DNA of 64,000 nucleotides from an uncultured virus (IMG/VR IMGVR_UViG_3300046359_000084) (IMGVR_UViG_3300046359_000084); one strand, 5' to 3'; counted from the stretch's first letter, positions 51,039 through 61,987 are shown. Notes: generated by a model from the letters alone, not told the origin. Numbers and translations: made by a program.

Positions 51039-51236
51039 ATGTTTAAATTAGTTTTACAACCTGTATTAAGACTTCCTTTAAATAATGTGTTTGGTACTAT
51101 TATAGAAAGTACCTCTCCTTTATATTATTCTTTTAGTGATGGATTTTCTATAGGTTTTGAAGTTCTCGTTAATAGCCCACCACCTGAAGAAGGTAATATT
51201 AGTTTTAGTAATGGATTCAGCGGAGGATTCGCATAA
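51039..51236 (+). CDS. Small tail-associated protein with two FSxGFSxGF motifs
   Basis: FSDGFSIGF and FSNGFSGGF. Confidence 0.55.
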   Translation: MFKLVLQPVLRLPLNNVFGTIIESTSPLYYSFSDGFSIGFEVLVNSPPPEEGNISFSNGFSGGFA

Positions 51237-51698
51237 ATGACAGTTAAAGTAATTGCTACACTTAAAAGTGATATTGGAACATTTAAGACATTAGCAACAA
51301 ATAATATTAATGATAATACAAGTGGAGCAGTATCTCCTGCTGATGTACGAGTTCCTGTACAAAATGCTTTTGATAGTGTTGTTGATACTATTGATAGTGT
51401 TATTGATGTTAGTTGTCAAAAAGCAAGTAATCTATCTGATTTAGCTAGTGCTTCTACAGCAAGAACAAATTTAGGTTTAGCTATTGGTACGAATGTTCAA
51501 GCATATTCGAGTGTATTACAAGCAACTACTGCTTCATACACTACTGCATTAAATACAAAGTTAGGTATTACACCTACGTCAGATATTACTGGTATTACTG
51601 GAGCTGATGCTATTACTAATATCGTTTCTTTGACCCAAGCAGAATATGACGCTATTGTAACAAAAAATCCTACAACATTTTATATTATAGTGGGTTAA
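51237..51698 (+). CDS. Tail fibre anchor/adapter protein
   Basis: DNTSGAVSPADVR N-terminus, NLSDLASASTARTNLGL fibre motif, C-terminal LTQAEYDAIVTKNPTTFYII. Confidence 0.65.
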   Translation: MTVKVIATLKSDIGTFKTLATNNINDNTSGAVSPADVRVPVQNAFDSVVDTIDSVIDVSCQKASNLSDLASASTARTNLGLAIGTNVQAYSSVLQATTASYTTALNTKLGITPTSDITGITGADAITNIVSLTQAEYDAIVTKNPTTFYIIVG

Positions 51699-51699
51699 T

Positions 51700-53652
51700 A
51701 TGAAAATAGGTAATGGTGCTATTTCAGCTTGTTATGTAGGTAACACACAGATAGATAAAATTTATTTAGGTGCTGAGATTGCATACACAACATTAGTAAC
51801 ACCGCCTTCTATGGTAAATCCTGTAGATGTTTCTCAAACATTTGCTACATATCATGCTGATAATGCAGCTAATACGGTTTATAATTATTCTAGTACGTTT
51901 ACTGTAAATACAGCTACAAATGAAATTACTCCAGTAACTGACCCACAATTTGCAGCACCAGGATTACCTACGGGTTATCCTAAAGGTTTGGTTCAAGGAG
52001 CAATACCTGTAACATTTACAACAACAGGTACATTACCAGCACCATTACAGACTAATACAGAATATTTTTTATCACCTACAACTACAGGTGTTTATAAAGT
52101 TTATCCTAAAGCTACTGATGCTGACGCATCTTTGTTAGAAACTGTAATTACTGGTGAAAATATATTTCCTGCACAACATTATTTTCAAACACTTAATTCT
52201 ATTGACATTACAACTTCTGGATCAGGTACACATACAGTTACACATGAGCAAACATTGTCACACCTTGTAGATGTGAAAAATGGTTATAATATGGTAACAC
52301 CAAGTACAGTAAATAGACACGCATATATGATTCGTAAAACAGATGGTGATGGGGATAAATATTTATACACTGGTGGAGGATTATGTAAAAATGATCTTTC
52401 TGGTTGGTATAATATTTATGGTAAAACTTTACAGATGAATACAAATAAAGCAGCTGGTAGACTAGAGTGTGGATTGAAAAGATATGTTTGGTTAATGTTT
52501 GTTTGTAAAACAAGAAAGATTAAAACTAGAAATGTTAAAAAACATAAAGTAAATTTTTCTGACTTTAGTACATCAACAGGAGTAATTACTTTATCTGAAA
52601 GAAATAGTGAAGAAAAAGGTGTACATAAATTTACTACTGGAGATAAAGTAAGATTTAAATTAATTAATAGTTCTGTGTTACCGACAATTTTTGATACAAC
52701 AACAGATTATTTTATAAGAAAAATATCCTCTTATACTTTTACATTACATAATACATTAACAGATGCCCAAGCAAACTTACACATTATAATACCTAGTGCT
52801 ATAGGTAGTGGTAGTTATATGTTGTATGCTCCTACACTTGTAGGACAAACACAAGTATTTAATGATTACATTGAATGGATTGAGCCAGATGGAGGAGGTA
52901 ACACTTTAACTGTTAAAGATAATAATACTTTCTTACCATCTCCTAATGGTATTTTACTTGGTTCAGATTTCTATATTAGTGGTTCTACTCAAGGTGAAGT
53001 AACTCGTTTAGGTGCAGTAGATTTAGATAGATTAAGGTTATGGAGTCCACCTGGTACAACACTACCAGCTGAATTAACAAATGAAGGTTTATACTATATT
53101 ACTCGTAAACCTGGTCATGCTACAACTTGTCGATTACATAATACATTACAAGATGCTATTGATAGTGTAGGAGTAGCGACTAATAGTGTAAGTTTTAAGG
53201 GTATTAAGTTTACATCACAACCCACTGGATCAGTATATTTTCACCACGATGATGGTAAATCTCGTATTATTGCTTCGCTTGAAGCAGGATCTCCTAATGG
53301 TAGTTCATCAACATTAGCAGAGATTCCTTATGATAGGAAACATATTGTTTTTGTAGCTATTGATTATAACCCGCCTGTAGGGTCAAACTCTATTGCTTTT
53401 ATTAAAGTTAATAGAGGTCCTATTAACTCCGTTACATTAAATAGAGCTAAAGGCTTAACAAGAGCATCTACAAACACTGATGCAGATGGATCTCCTTGGA
53501 CATTCTTTAATTCAGCACAAGGTCATGTTCCTGTTGATATGGATTTATATTCTTTATCTATGGGTTCTAGTAATACAACGGCATTAACAGAAACTGAAAT
53601 TGAGAATATGATGAATTGGTATGCAGATAAATATACTATTTCAAGTTATTAA
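51700..53652 (+). CDS. Putative receptor-binding protein 1 with three repeated beta-barrel modules
   Basis: N-terminal YVGNTQIDKIYLG module; repeats of LP..L.....Y(F/Y) (GTLPAPLQTNTEYFL, SVLPTIFDTTTDYFI, TTLPAELTNEGLYYI). Confidence 0.6.
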   Translation: MKIGNGAISACYVGNTQIDKIYLGAEIAYTTLVTPPSMVNPVDVSQTFATYHADNAANTVYNYSSTFTVNTATNEITPVTDPQFAAPGLPTGYPKGLVQGAIPVTFTTTGTLPAPLQTNTEYFLSPTTTGVYKVYPKATDADASLLETVITGENIFPAQHYFQTLNSIDITTSGSGTHTVTHEQTLSHLVDVKNGYNMVTPSTVNRHAYMIRKTDGDGDKYLYTGGGLCKNDLSGWYNIYGKTLQMNTNKAAGRLECGLKRYVWLMFVCKTRKIKTRNVKKHKVNFSDFSTSTGVITLSERNSEEKGVHKFTTGDKVRFKLINSSVLPTIFDTTTDYFIRKISSYTFTLHNTLTDAQANLHIIIPSAIGSGSYMLYAPTLVGQTQVFNDYIEWIEPDGGGNTLTVKDNNTFLPSPNGILLGSDFYISGSTQGEVTRLGAVDLDRLRLWSPPGTTLPAELTNEGLYYITRKPGHATTCRLHNTLQDAIDSVGVATNSVSFKGIKFTSQPTGSVYFHHDDGKSRIIASLEAGSPNGSSSTLAEIPYDRKHIVFVAIDYNPPVGSNSIAFIKVNRGPINSVTLNRAKGLTRASTNTDADGSPWTFFNSAQGHVPVDMDLYSLSMGSSNTTALTETEIENMMNWYADKYTISSY

Positions 53653-53679
53653 AATAAAGTACAGTAGGTAATAAAGATT

Positions 53680-55878
53680 ATGAAATTAGGTATAAATAAT
53701 ATTGCAAAATATTATGTTGGTAGTAATCAGGTGGATAAAATATATAAAGGTGTGAACCAAGTTTATACAAAAGCACCTTTCTTAGCTAATGATTTTACTT
53801 ATTGGTTTGATTTTAATTCTGGTTCAAATGTGTATGATGATTTTGCTTTTGACAGTTTATCTTATGCTCCTAATTTAGTTAGTGGTTATAGATTTTTTGA
53901 ACAACCTGTAAAAGATTACCAACCATTTAAATTATCTGATGGTATTAATTTTGGTAATACTACGGATATAGCAGATAGGTTTATGGAATTATATCCTTTA
54001 CCTGGATTTACAGAAAATAAAACTGGATTATTTTTTGCTTGTAATATTTTTACAAGTGGTAATGGTACATTACTTTCATTAAATACTTTTGAGATTCGTG
54101 GTGCTAGAGGTAAATTTTCTCTTAATGGATTAAAACCACAAATATCTATGAGTCCTAATGGAGCAGATACTGGAGCAATAACAGTTATTAAACTTGCAAC
54201 AAATGCCCTTGCTGCTGATACATGGTACACATTAGGATTTTTAATTGATAGAGAAAATGATATAGCAAAAATATATGTTAACGGTAATGTTGTTGATACA
54301 AGTACGGTATCAGCACCTTATACCTCTACTGCTACATTCCCACTTAAACAAGTTATATTAGGGGCAGATGGGATTGAGGGAGCTTCTGGTTCAAAATTTG
54401 ATGGTGTATTGTCTGAAATGATTATTCAAGATTCACTTGAATTAGCGTACATTACCAATCAATTAGCTTACTTACAAAGTACAAGATTAGATATTCCAGA
54501 TGCTCCAGTAATTACAGCAACTACTGCTAATAATAGTGCTATTATATCTTTTACTGCTCCTAATGCACATAATAAAGCTATTACTGATTACTCGTATCAG
54601 TATAAATTAAATTCTAGTGGTACATGGTTAGATTTTACAGATAGTGTATCATCAACAGCTGGTATAACAATTACAGGATTAACTAATGATTTGTTGTACA
54701 ACTTTAGAGTTAAAGCAACAAATGTTATTGGTGTAGGTTTATGGTCTAATATTGCAGAAACTACACCTACTGCTAATCCAGGACCTCCAGATGCTATTGA
54801 TGATTTACAAGTAGTTTCTGGTTCAAATAGTTTACTTGTTTTATGGACAGCACCTAATGTTAATGGTTATCCAATTACAACACATAAAGTTTATTATAGA
54901 ATTGCTGGTTCAGGCAATGCTTACACATTATTTGCTAATATTCCTGCTGGATCAGGAACATTACAAACATTAATTACAAGTCTTACGAATAATGTTTCTT
55001 ATGAAGTAAATGTTACATCTGTTAATTCTCAAGGTGAGAGTGCAGAAGCTACACCAACTGTAGCAGAAACTCCAGTTACTGCAAGAAACTTACAAACTGT
55101 ATCAGGGTTAGAATCTTGTGTGATGGATATAGATTTAACAGTATTGGCTTCTTATAATGGAACAGGTACTGTATTAAAGAATTTAGTAACATCTCCTGCT
55201 GATGGTTCAGGACAAACTGCTTATAATATGCAATTTGGTGATGGATCTCTTGCTACAACATTCCCTGTATTTAGTGGAATTGCTGGTACAGCAAGTGGTA
55301 AAATAACTTTTGATGGTGGTGATCATTTAACGCTTGTTGGTGCTAATACAACATTTTTAAACAATATTCATAAAAGTTCTGGTGGATCAGCATTTACTAT
55401 TGTAGCATTTTTTGAAGCTATTAAAGATGGTGCAAGTTCTCAAATATTATTTACTACAAAAAATGGTTCTAATGAAGTTGGTATAGACGGTTATGTAAGT
55501 AGCTCAGAAGTATTAAGAATGGGTCAACGAGGGGGAACAACTAATGTTACTTCTCCAACAACAGCAGCAACGGCTGTATTAAATACTCCTACTTACATAG
55601 GTTTTGGTTGTAATGTTAATGGTGGAACGAATACTTGTGCTTTCTGGAGTGATTCAACAACACAAGCTAACTCTACATTAAATTATAATAGTACAACAAC
55701 TAATGCTGCTCAAAAATTACACATGATGGGTCAAGGTAGTGGTACTGGTGCAGCAACAGGTCGGTTTGTAAACAATACAGTATTAAAAGCTGTAGCATTA
55801 TTTAACACTAGATTATCTAATTCACAAATGGCATTAGTAGTAGCAGAATATAACGCTAGACATGGGAATATTTATTAA
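53680..55878 (+). CDS. Putative receptor-binding protein 2 (LamG-like, two FN3, LamG-like)
   Basis: N-terminal YVGSNQVDKIYKG module; KIYVNG LamG motif; ITGLTNDLLYNFRVKATN and ITSLTNNVSYEVNVTSVN FN3 motifs. Confidence 0.7.
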   Translation: MKLGINNIAKYYVGSNQVDKIYKGVNQVYTKAPFLANDFTYWFDFNSGSNVYDDFAFDSLSYAPNLVSGYRFFEQPVKDYQPFKLSDGINFGNTTDIADRFMELYPLPGFTENKTGLFFACNIFTSGNGTLLSLNTFEIRGARGKFSLNGLKPQISMSPNGADTGAITVIKLATNALAADTWYTLGFLIDRENDIAKIYVNGNVVDTSTVSAPYTSTATFPLKQVILGADGIEGASGSKFDGVLSEMIIQDSLELAYITNQLAYLQSTRLDIPDAPVITATTANNSAIISFTAPNAHNKAITDYSYQYKLNSSGTWLDFTDSVSSTAGITITGLTNDLLYNFRVKATNVIGVGLWSNIAETTPTANPGPPDAIDDLQVVSGSNSLLVLWTAPNVNGYPITTHKVYYRIAGSGNAYTLFANIPAGSGTLQTLITSLTNNVSYEVNVTSVNSQGESAEATPTVAETPVTARNLQTVSGLESCVMDIDLTVLASYNGTGTVLKNLVTSPADGSGQTAYNMQFGDGSLATTFPVFSGIAGTASGKITFDGGDHLTLVGANTTFLNNIHKSSGGSAFTIVAFFEAIKDGASSQILFTTKNGSNEVGIDGYVSSSEVLRMGQRGGTTNVTSPTTAATAVLNTPTYIGFGCNVNGGTNTCAFWSDSTTQANSTLNYNSTTTNAAQKLHMMGQGSGTGAATGRFVNNTVLKAVALFNTRLSNSQMALVVAEYNARHGNIY

Positions 55879-57891
55879 ATGACAGAAGCTACAGAATTTT
55901 GGTATATTAAATGTAAAACAGATACTCTGAGATCTGTAAATGATAGTACGCCTATAGTTAATAGTACAGTAGGTGATAATGTTTATCCTACTACATTAAC
56001 TCAACGGCAAACTATTGAAGCTATTGGTACATTAGTTGGTAATAAAACTGTTGCTTTATGTAGGTCAGCAGATCTTGCTGAAGCTTATAGTAGTGCGTTA
56101 CCTCCACCAAAAAGTACAGTATTAAAAGTATCAGCCGCATTAAAAAATGCTTTATTACCTTATTTAGATGATGCTGAAGAAGCTACTGCTTCAGCAACTA
56201 ATATTATTAGCGGTACTGGTAATGGTACTCCAAACCAACAACATATGCACCCTTCACTATTTAATGTTTATATAGCAGGAGACAGTATTGATTATGGTGT
56301 AGGAATTAAAACACCTACATCTACAGAAATTTATACGCTTAATTTTGATGGTATGGAGGAATTTCATTATTCAAGATTAGCTATAGAAGCTGTTGATACA
56401 AATGTAAGATCAGAATCTTATTTTAATTCTAAAGAACCAGTGAGTCCTGAAGGTGATAGACTGTTTCTTGGTGATAAAATAGCAGTACATAAAATCGCTG
56501 TTGGTGGTGCAAGTTATGCAAATACTGTAGGTACAGAAGATCAAGTAGATTTTATCCATGTCTTTAATTTAAAATACAATCAGATATACAAGACTATGAA
56601 TCTAAATACTAATAGTGCTATCTTAATAGGCTTTGGTACAAATGATACTGCTTATGATACATCACTAACTGCCCAAGAGTTATTTGATATAGAAAAAGAT
56701 GCTATATTAAAATTTAAAGAAGATCACCCGAATACAAAAATTATTGCAGTAACTGATATAAGACGAACAGATGATACTACTTTGAACCAACGAATACATG
56801 ATTTTAATCAAAAAAGAAGAGATCCTGCAACAGGTTGTTTAAGTTATGGTGTAGATTATCTTTGTGATTTTGCTGATCCTAGTAAAACACACGCTAACTT
56901 TCACCCACTAACAGGTACAATTACTACTGGTGCTAATGGGTTATTCGCTGATGGCGATGTAGTTCACCCTAGTAAGTTAGGACATTATTATTTAAGTAAA
57001 CCTTTAATACCTATACTTAGTGATTTATTAGGTGTACAAAGTGTTACATTAAAACGAGTACATATAACAAATAATATTGTACGAGAACATAGTTCTATAG
57101 GTACGGTTGTTGGCACATTGTTTAATTTTCAAGATGGTTCAATAGTATCTCTTGTTAATGGTGCTGGCGGTAGATTTTCTCTATCTGGTAATAATATTTT
57201 AGTTAATGCTGATATAGATTTTAGTGAAGGGTACAAACATAATATTACTATCAGAGAAACATTAGCTTCTGTTAGTAATAGTCCAAAAGATACTGTTATT
57301 AATATTTTAATTGGGAATCTTGCTCCTGTGTACCCAATAGCAAGATTCCCATTAGATCCAGCTTTATCAGCTACAGCTGCTGGCAGACCTCAAATTACTG
57401 GATCTCCTTTTACTGGTTCAGTATTGACTGCTGATAATGGTACATGGTTTCATACTGTAGATTCTTACGTTGTACAATGGAAACGTGATGGTGTTAATTT
57501 TACAGGTACAACAACATATACATATTTACTTACACCAACAGATGTAGGTTGTGAATTTACATTTGAAGTGGTAGCTATTAATAGTAATGGTTCAACTACA
57601 AATGTTTCATTAGGTTTAATGATTGGACCTGTGTTAGATGTACCAACTGTTAGTGGTGAAAATGTAAGTTTATTATGGGCATTATACAATGACACTGGTG
57701 TAACTAATTATATTATTGAATATAAATTAGCAGCTGCTGATGATTGGATTGTATTTAATGATGGCGTATCTACAGTTAAATCAACTACAGTAACTGGACT
57801 TACAACAGGTACATATAATTTTAGAGTTAAAGCTGTTAAAGGTAATAAAACGTCAACAGCATCAAATATACAAAATGCAATAGTTAATTAG
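55879..57891 (+). CDS. Virion protein with SGNH/GDSL esterase, cadherin-like, Ig-like and FN3 domains
   Basis: AGDSI, AVGGAS, GTND and DVVHP blocks; VREHSSIGTVVG...GRFSL cadherin-like; GSVLTADNGTW...QWKRDG Ig-like; VTGLTTGTYNFRVKAV FN3. Confidence 0.75.
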   Translation: MTEATEFWYIKCKTDTLRSVNDSTPIVNSTVGDNVYPTTLTQRQTIEAIGTLVGNKTVALCRSADLAEAYSSALPPPKSTVLKVSAALKNALLPYLDDAEEATASATNIISGTGNGTPNQQHMHPSLFNVYIAGDSIDYGVGIKTPTSTEIYTLNFDGMEEFHYSRLAIEAVDTNVRSESYFNSKEPVSPEGDRLFLGDKIAVHKIAVGGASYANTVGTEDQVDFIHVFNLKYNQIYKTMNLNTNSAILIGFGTNDTAYDTSLTAQELFDIEKDAILKFKEDHPNTKIIAVTDIRRTDDTTLNQRIHDFNQKRRDPATGCLSYGVDYLCDFADPSKTHANFHPLTGTITTGANGLFADGDVVHPSKLGHYYLSKPLIPILSDLLGVQSVTLKRVHITNNIVREHSSIGTVVGTLFNFQDGSIVSLVNGAGGRFSLSGNNILVNADIDFSEGYKHNITIRETLASVSNSPKDTVINILIGNLAPVYPIARFPLDPALSATAAGRPQITGSPFTGSVLTADNGTWFHTVDSYVVQWKRDGVNFTGTTTYTYLLTPTDVGCEFTFEVVAINSNGSTTNVSLGLMIGPVLDVPTVSGENVSLLWALYNDTGVTNYIIEYKLAAADDWIVFNDGVSTVKSTTVTGLTTGTYNFRVKAVKGNKTSTASNIQNAIVN

Positions 57892-57900
57892 AGGTAAATT

Positions 57901-58323
57901 ATGTCAACACAACAATCTATATATGAAGTAGCATTAAAAGAACGTAATGTAGCAGAAGTTATTGGTTTAGTTAATAATCCTAAAATTGTTGAGTACCACT
58001 CTGCTACAACACTTAAAGCTAAAGATGATGAAACTTCATGGTGTAGTTCATTTGTTAATTGGTGCTGTAAACAAGTAAATGTTAAAGGTACTGGTTCAGC
58101 AGCTGCAAGATCATGGTTAAATTGGGGTAAAGAAGTTAAAGTTCTTTACCTTGGTTGTATTGTTGTATTAAAGCGTGGTAATTCAGTATGGCAAGGTCAT
58201 GTTGGATTTTATGCTGGCAAACAACGAGATACACATATATTAGTATATGGTGGAAACCAAAAAAATAAAGTATGTTATCTTTGGTTAAAGAAAGATAATG
58301 TACTTGGTTATAGAGAAGTTTAA
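57901..58323 (+). CDS. Endolysin, TIGR02594/CHAP-NlpC-type
   Basis: DETSWCSSFVNWC, AARSWLNWG, GHVGF, GGNQ. Confidence 0.88.
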   Translation: MSTQQSIYEVALKERNVAEVIGLVNNPKIVEYHSATTLKAKDDETSWCSSFVNWCCKQVNVKGTGSAAARSWLNWGKEVKVLYLGCIVVLKRGNSVWQGHVGFYAGKQRDTHILVYGGNQKNKVCYLWLKKDNVLGYREV

Positions 58324-58355
58324 ATACTATATCAAATTCAAGTAAGGACAATAAA

Positions 58356-58706
58356 TTGAATAAACAACCTATATCAGTATCTTTTTATCAACACTTGTGT
58401 GATATTACATTTTATATACAAACACACTATCAGTATTATTCAGGAGCAGTCATTGGAATGTTGTTAGATAATAAAAGATGGGAAAAATACGGTTTTTTAA
58501 AATATGTCTTTGTTAGTATTATTGTCGCTCATCTTACAGAAATTATTTTAAAAGATAATGGTACAAGTCTACATATTAGTATTTTAATTTGTACAGTAGT
58601 TGGTTTAGTAGGACATGCTACATTAAGATACACAACAGATGAAGCATTACCAAAAGTGTTAAAAGCAATTACTGATAGAATACTAGATAAGATTAATAAA
58701 AAATAA
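58356..58706 (+). CDS. Putative holin
   Basis: 116 aa, 2-3 hydrophobic segments, basic C-terminus, next to the endolysin. Confidence 0.65.
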   Translation: MNKQPISVSFYQHLCDITFYIQTHYQYYSGAVIGMLLDNKRWEKYGFLKYVFVSIIVAHLTEIILKDNGTSLHISILICTVVGLVGHATLRYTTDEALPKVLKAITDRILDKINKK

Positions 58707-58766
58707 TTATATATTTTTTATAAATTTACTGTATGATTAATTAAAATTAAAAGATAGGTTCATAGA

Positions 58767-59492
58767 ATGTTAAATCCTTATGCTAATGTTAATACATTAT
58801 TAAATGATCAGTTTAATAAATCATACGAAGTTGTAAAAACTGTGTATGATAATTTATCTGTTTTAATTTCAGTTAATAATAGAATTACTGTAATTAATGA
58901 TAATACTGTATTAAGAGCATTTACTTCTAGCTATAATGGACAAGTTATATTCTTAGCAGGTGTAAAAAATATAGAGTATAAGGTAGATTATAGTGATTCA
59001 GCATCACTTGATAATGGAGATACAGTCATTATTGGTGCTGATGGTAAACGATGGAAAAAAATTTTAGTTAAATTTACAGATATAGAAAATGTTGAAAATA
59101 ATGTTGGTTTTGTGCCTGAATTAAAAGGTACTGATGCAGTAGGTACAGCTACTTATACAAGAGCATTTGGTACATATAGCAGATTAAATAGTTTTGTTAC
59201 TGGTTCATTAGTGTTAGATTGGGATTTCTTTACAGGAGATGGTGATGCACAAATTCATGGATTACCTTATGTAGCACAAAGTTCCTCTAGTGATTTAAGA
59301 TATGGTTGTAGTGTTGCTACTTATGATAGTTTATCGTTACCTCCTGGTAAAGTTTTAAGTGGTTATATTAAAGATAGTGAAGATTTTATACGTCTTACCG
59401 CTGTAGATAATATAGCAGCAGTACACGTTCAATGTGCTAGTCAAGCAAGTGGTTCAGGTAAAATTTGGATTTCATTTACATACCAAGTTTAA
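58767..59492 (+). CDS. Tail or appendage protein
   Basis: SYEVVKTVYDNL N-terminus seen in N4-like pre-portal proteins; DNGDTVIIGADGKRWK fibre motif; IHGLPY beta domain. Confidence 0.6.
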   Translation: MLNPYANVNTLLNDQFNKSYEVVKTVYDNLSVLISVNNRITVINDNTVLRAFTSSYNGQVIFLAGVKNIEYKVDYSDSASLDNGDTVIIGADGKRWKKILVKFTDIENVENNVGFVPELKGTDAVGTATYTRAFGTYSRLNSFVTGSLVLDWDFFTGDGDAQIHGLPYVAQSSSSDLRYGCSVATYDSLSLPPGKVLSGYIKDSEDFIRLTAVDNIAAVHVQCASQASGSGKIWISFTYQV

Positions 59493-59516
59493 AAATAAAA
59501 AAGGAATACATATATA

Positions 59517-61658
59517 ATGGTTGATGTGAAACAAAAGTTTACAAGTTGGAAACAAGAACCTTCTTTATTAGATTTAAAACAAGATTATAATAATTGCTTA
59601 AATAACCATAAACAGTTTGTTTCTATGATCCAAAAATGGGAAGATTTAAAGAATGTTGTAGGACAATATAAACCTACTAAAAGACAAGGTAAATCTTCTC
59701 TTCAACCTAAGACTATTCAGAAACAATTTGAATGGAGGTATCCTAGTTTAACTGAACCATTTTTAAATACACCTAATTTATTTAAAGCATTACCAATTAC
59801 ATTTGAAGATGTTAAAGGTGCAAGACATAATGAATTAGTTTTAAATTGGCAATTCAATACAAAGATTAATAAAGTAAAATATTTTGATCAATTTGTAAGA
59901 CGTAATGTTGATCAAGGAATATGTATTAAACAGGTTTGTTGGATCAGAGAAACTAAAGAAGTAGAAGTTGATGTACCTATCTATAGTTACACTGAAATTG
60001 AAGATGAAGAAGCATTTAATCAGATCCAAGAACTAATACAGTTAAAAAATATTAATCCTAATGAGTTTAGTAATGTAGATCCTTTGTTACAAGAAAGTGT
60101 AAAATATTTTGAAGAAAATAATATTATCACTCAAGTTGTTATTGTTGATTATACAAAAGAAAAACAAGAAAAGATTATTAAGAACCAACCTGATATAAAG
60201 ATTCATCACCCTAAGAATGTTTATTTTGATCCTTCTTGTGGAGGAGATTTTGAAAAGAGTAATTTTATAATTGTATCTTATGAAACATCTTTAGCAGAAT
60301 TAAAGAAAAAAGGTATTTATCAAAACTTAGAAAGCATTAATATTAGTAATGATGTCTTATCTGATACAGACCATAAATCAACAAATACAGATCAGAACTT
60401 TAATTTTAAAGATAAAAGTAGAAGTAGATTAGTTGCTTATGAGTATTGGGGTAATTATGATATTAATGATTATGGTTATTTAGTACCTATTGTTGCTACT
60501 TGGGTTGGAGAAACATTAATCCGCTTAGAAGAAAATCCATATCCAGAAGGAATGAATCCTTTTGTCATTACACAATATAGACCAATTCTTGATTCTATTT
60601 ATGGTGAATCAGATGCTGAGTTACTAGAAGATACACAGAAAACTATTGGTGCTTTAACAAGAGGTATTGTTGATACATTTGCTTCTGCATCAAATGGTCA
60701 AGTAGGTATTGCTCAAGGATTTATTGATGTACAAAATAAATTAAGAAAAAACCAAGGATTAGATTATGAGTTTACTGCTAATAGTATTCCTCAACAAGCT
60801 ATCTATGAACATAAGTTTCCTGAAGTAAGTCAGAGTACAATAATATTTTTACAACAACAGAACCAAGAAGCTGAATCATTAACTGGTAAAAGTTCTTTTA
60901 ATCAAGGTATTAATGGTAATGCTTTAGGTGATGTAGCTGCTGGTATTAAAGGTACATTGAAAGCTACTACTGAAAGAGAATCTGCTATATTAAGAAGGTT
61001 GGTTCAAGGTACAATAGAAGTTGCTAGAAAGATTACTATTCTTAATGCTGTATATTTATCAGAAAAAGAAGTTATTAGATTAACAAATGATTCTGAATTT
61101 GTAACAGTTAGAAGAGAAGATCTTGTTGGTGAATTTGATATTGATATTAAAATTGCTGTACCAGAAATTAATGAAAAGAAAGCTAATGATTTAGCATTTA
61201 TGTTACAAACAATAGGACCTAGTTTATTACAAACTATCGGACCTGAGGCTGGTATAGAGTTTAATAAATTAATACTAGGTGAGATTGCTTATCTTAAACA
61301 AATGCCTGAATTAGAACAAAAGATTAAAGCATTTACATTACCACCTAAAGAACCAAGTCCAGAAGAACAACAAATGATGCAATTAGAACTTCAAATGAAA
61401 CAGTTAGAAATAGCTAAGTTACAGTCTGAAGTTGCTGTTAATGAAGCTAAAGTTAAAGAATTAAATGCTAAAGCTGATGCTGTATCTATTGATAATGAAG
61501 AAACTTATACAGGTGTTAAACATAATAAAGAAGTTGTTAAACAACAAGCACAAGCTAAAGGTAATCAGAGTTTAGAGATCACTAAAGGATTAATGAATAA
61601 AGATATTGATGGTAAAGATCTTGCTGCTGCAATACAATATAATGAAACTACAGAGTAA
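59517..61658 (+). CDS. Portal protein (N4 gp59-like)
   Basis: WKQEPSLLDLKQD, QFEWRYPSLTEPFL, AYEYWG, IRLEENPYP, DLAFMLQTIGP. Confidence 0.95.
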   Translation: MVDVKQKFTSWKQEPSLLDLKQDYNNCLNNHKQFVSMIQKWEDLKNVVGQYKPTKRQGKSSLQPKTIQKQFEWRYPSLTEPFLNTPNLFKALPITFEDVKGARHNELVLNWQFNTKINKVKYFDQFVRRNVDQGICIKQVCWIRETKEVEVDVPIYSYTEIEDEEAFNQIQELIQLKNINPNEFSNVDPLLQESVKYFEENNIITQVVIVDYTKEKQEKIIKNQPDIKIHHPKNVYFDPSCGGDFEKSNFIIVSYETSLAELKKKGIYQNLESINISNDVLSDTDHKSTNTDQNFNFKDKSRSRLVAYEYWGNYDINDYGYLVPIVATWVGETLIRLEENPYPEGMNPFVITQYRPILDSIYGESDAELLEDTQKTIGALTRGIVDTFASASNGQVGIAQGFIDVQNKLRKNQGLDYEFTANSIPQQAIYEHKFPEVSQSTIIFLQQQNQEAESLTGKSSFNQGINGNALGDVAAGIKGTLKATTERESAILRRLVQGTIEVARKITILNAVYLSEKEVIRLTNDSEFVTVRREDLVGEFDIDIKIAVPEINEKKANDLAFMLQTIGPSLLQTIGPEAGIEFNKLILGEIAYLKQMPELEQKIKAFTLPPKEPSPEEQQMMQLELQMKQLEIAKLQSEVAVNEAKVKELNAKADAVSIDNEETYTGVKHNKEVVKQQAQAKGNQSLEITKGLMNKDIDGKDLAAAIQYNETTE

Positions 61659-61663
61659 TATTT

Positions 61664-61987
61664 ATGTTAAAAGAGTTACAACAATCTTTAATAAATAAAG
61701 AAAAAGATTTACAAATAGTAAATAGTTTAATATCATTAAAGAGTAATAAAGATTATCAGACAATTTTTGATAATTATTTATTTAAAGATAAGGTACTTGA
61801 AATAACATCTAAGTTGAGATTTGGTTCAGAAATTGAGAATGGTATTTATTTAAAACAATTAGAATCATTAACTGAATTGAAATTGTTAATTAATGGTATG
61901 AGTACAAAACGTGAAGCAATACAACAGGATATTATAGAGATTAGAGATATGATTAATAATTATATGTTTAATGATTCTAATGAATAA
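61664..61987 (+). CDS. N4 gp58-like protein
   Basis: LKSNKDYQTIFDNYLF motif; position after portal. Confidence 0.65.
   Translation: MLKELQQSLINKEKDLQIVNSLISLKSNKDYQTIFDNYLFKDKVLEITSKLRFGSEIENGIYLKQLESLTELKLLINGMSTKREAIQQDIIEIRDMINNYMFNDSNE

Noticed and set aside
49744..60029. Minus-strand ORFs inside late genes (49744, 52238, 53916, 57465, 58136, 59841)
   Set aside because: Antisense to clearly identified structural genes
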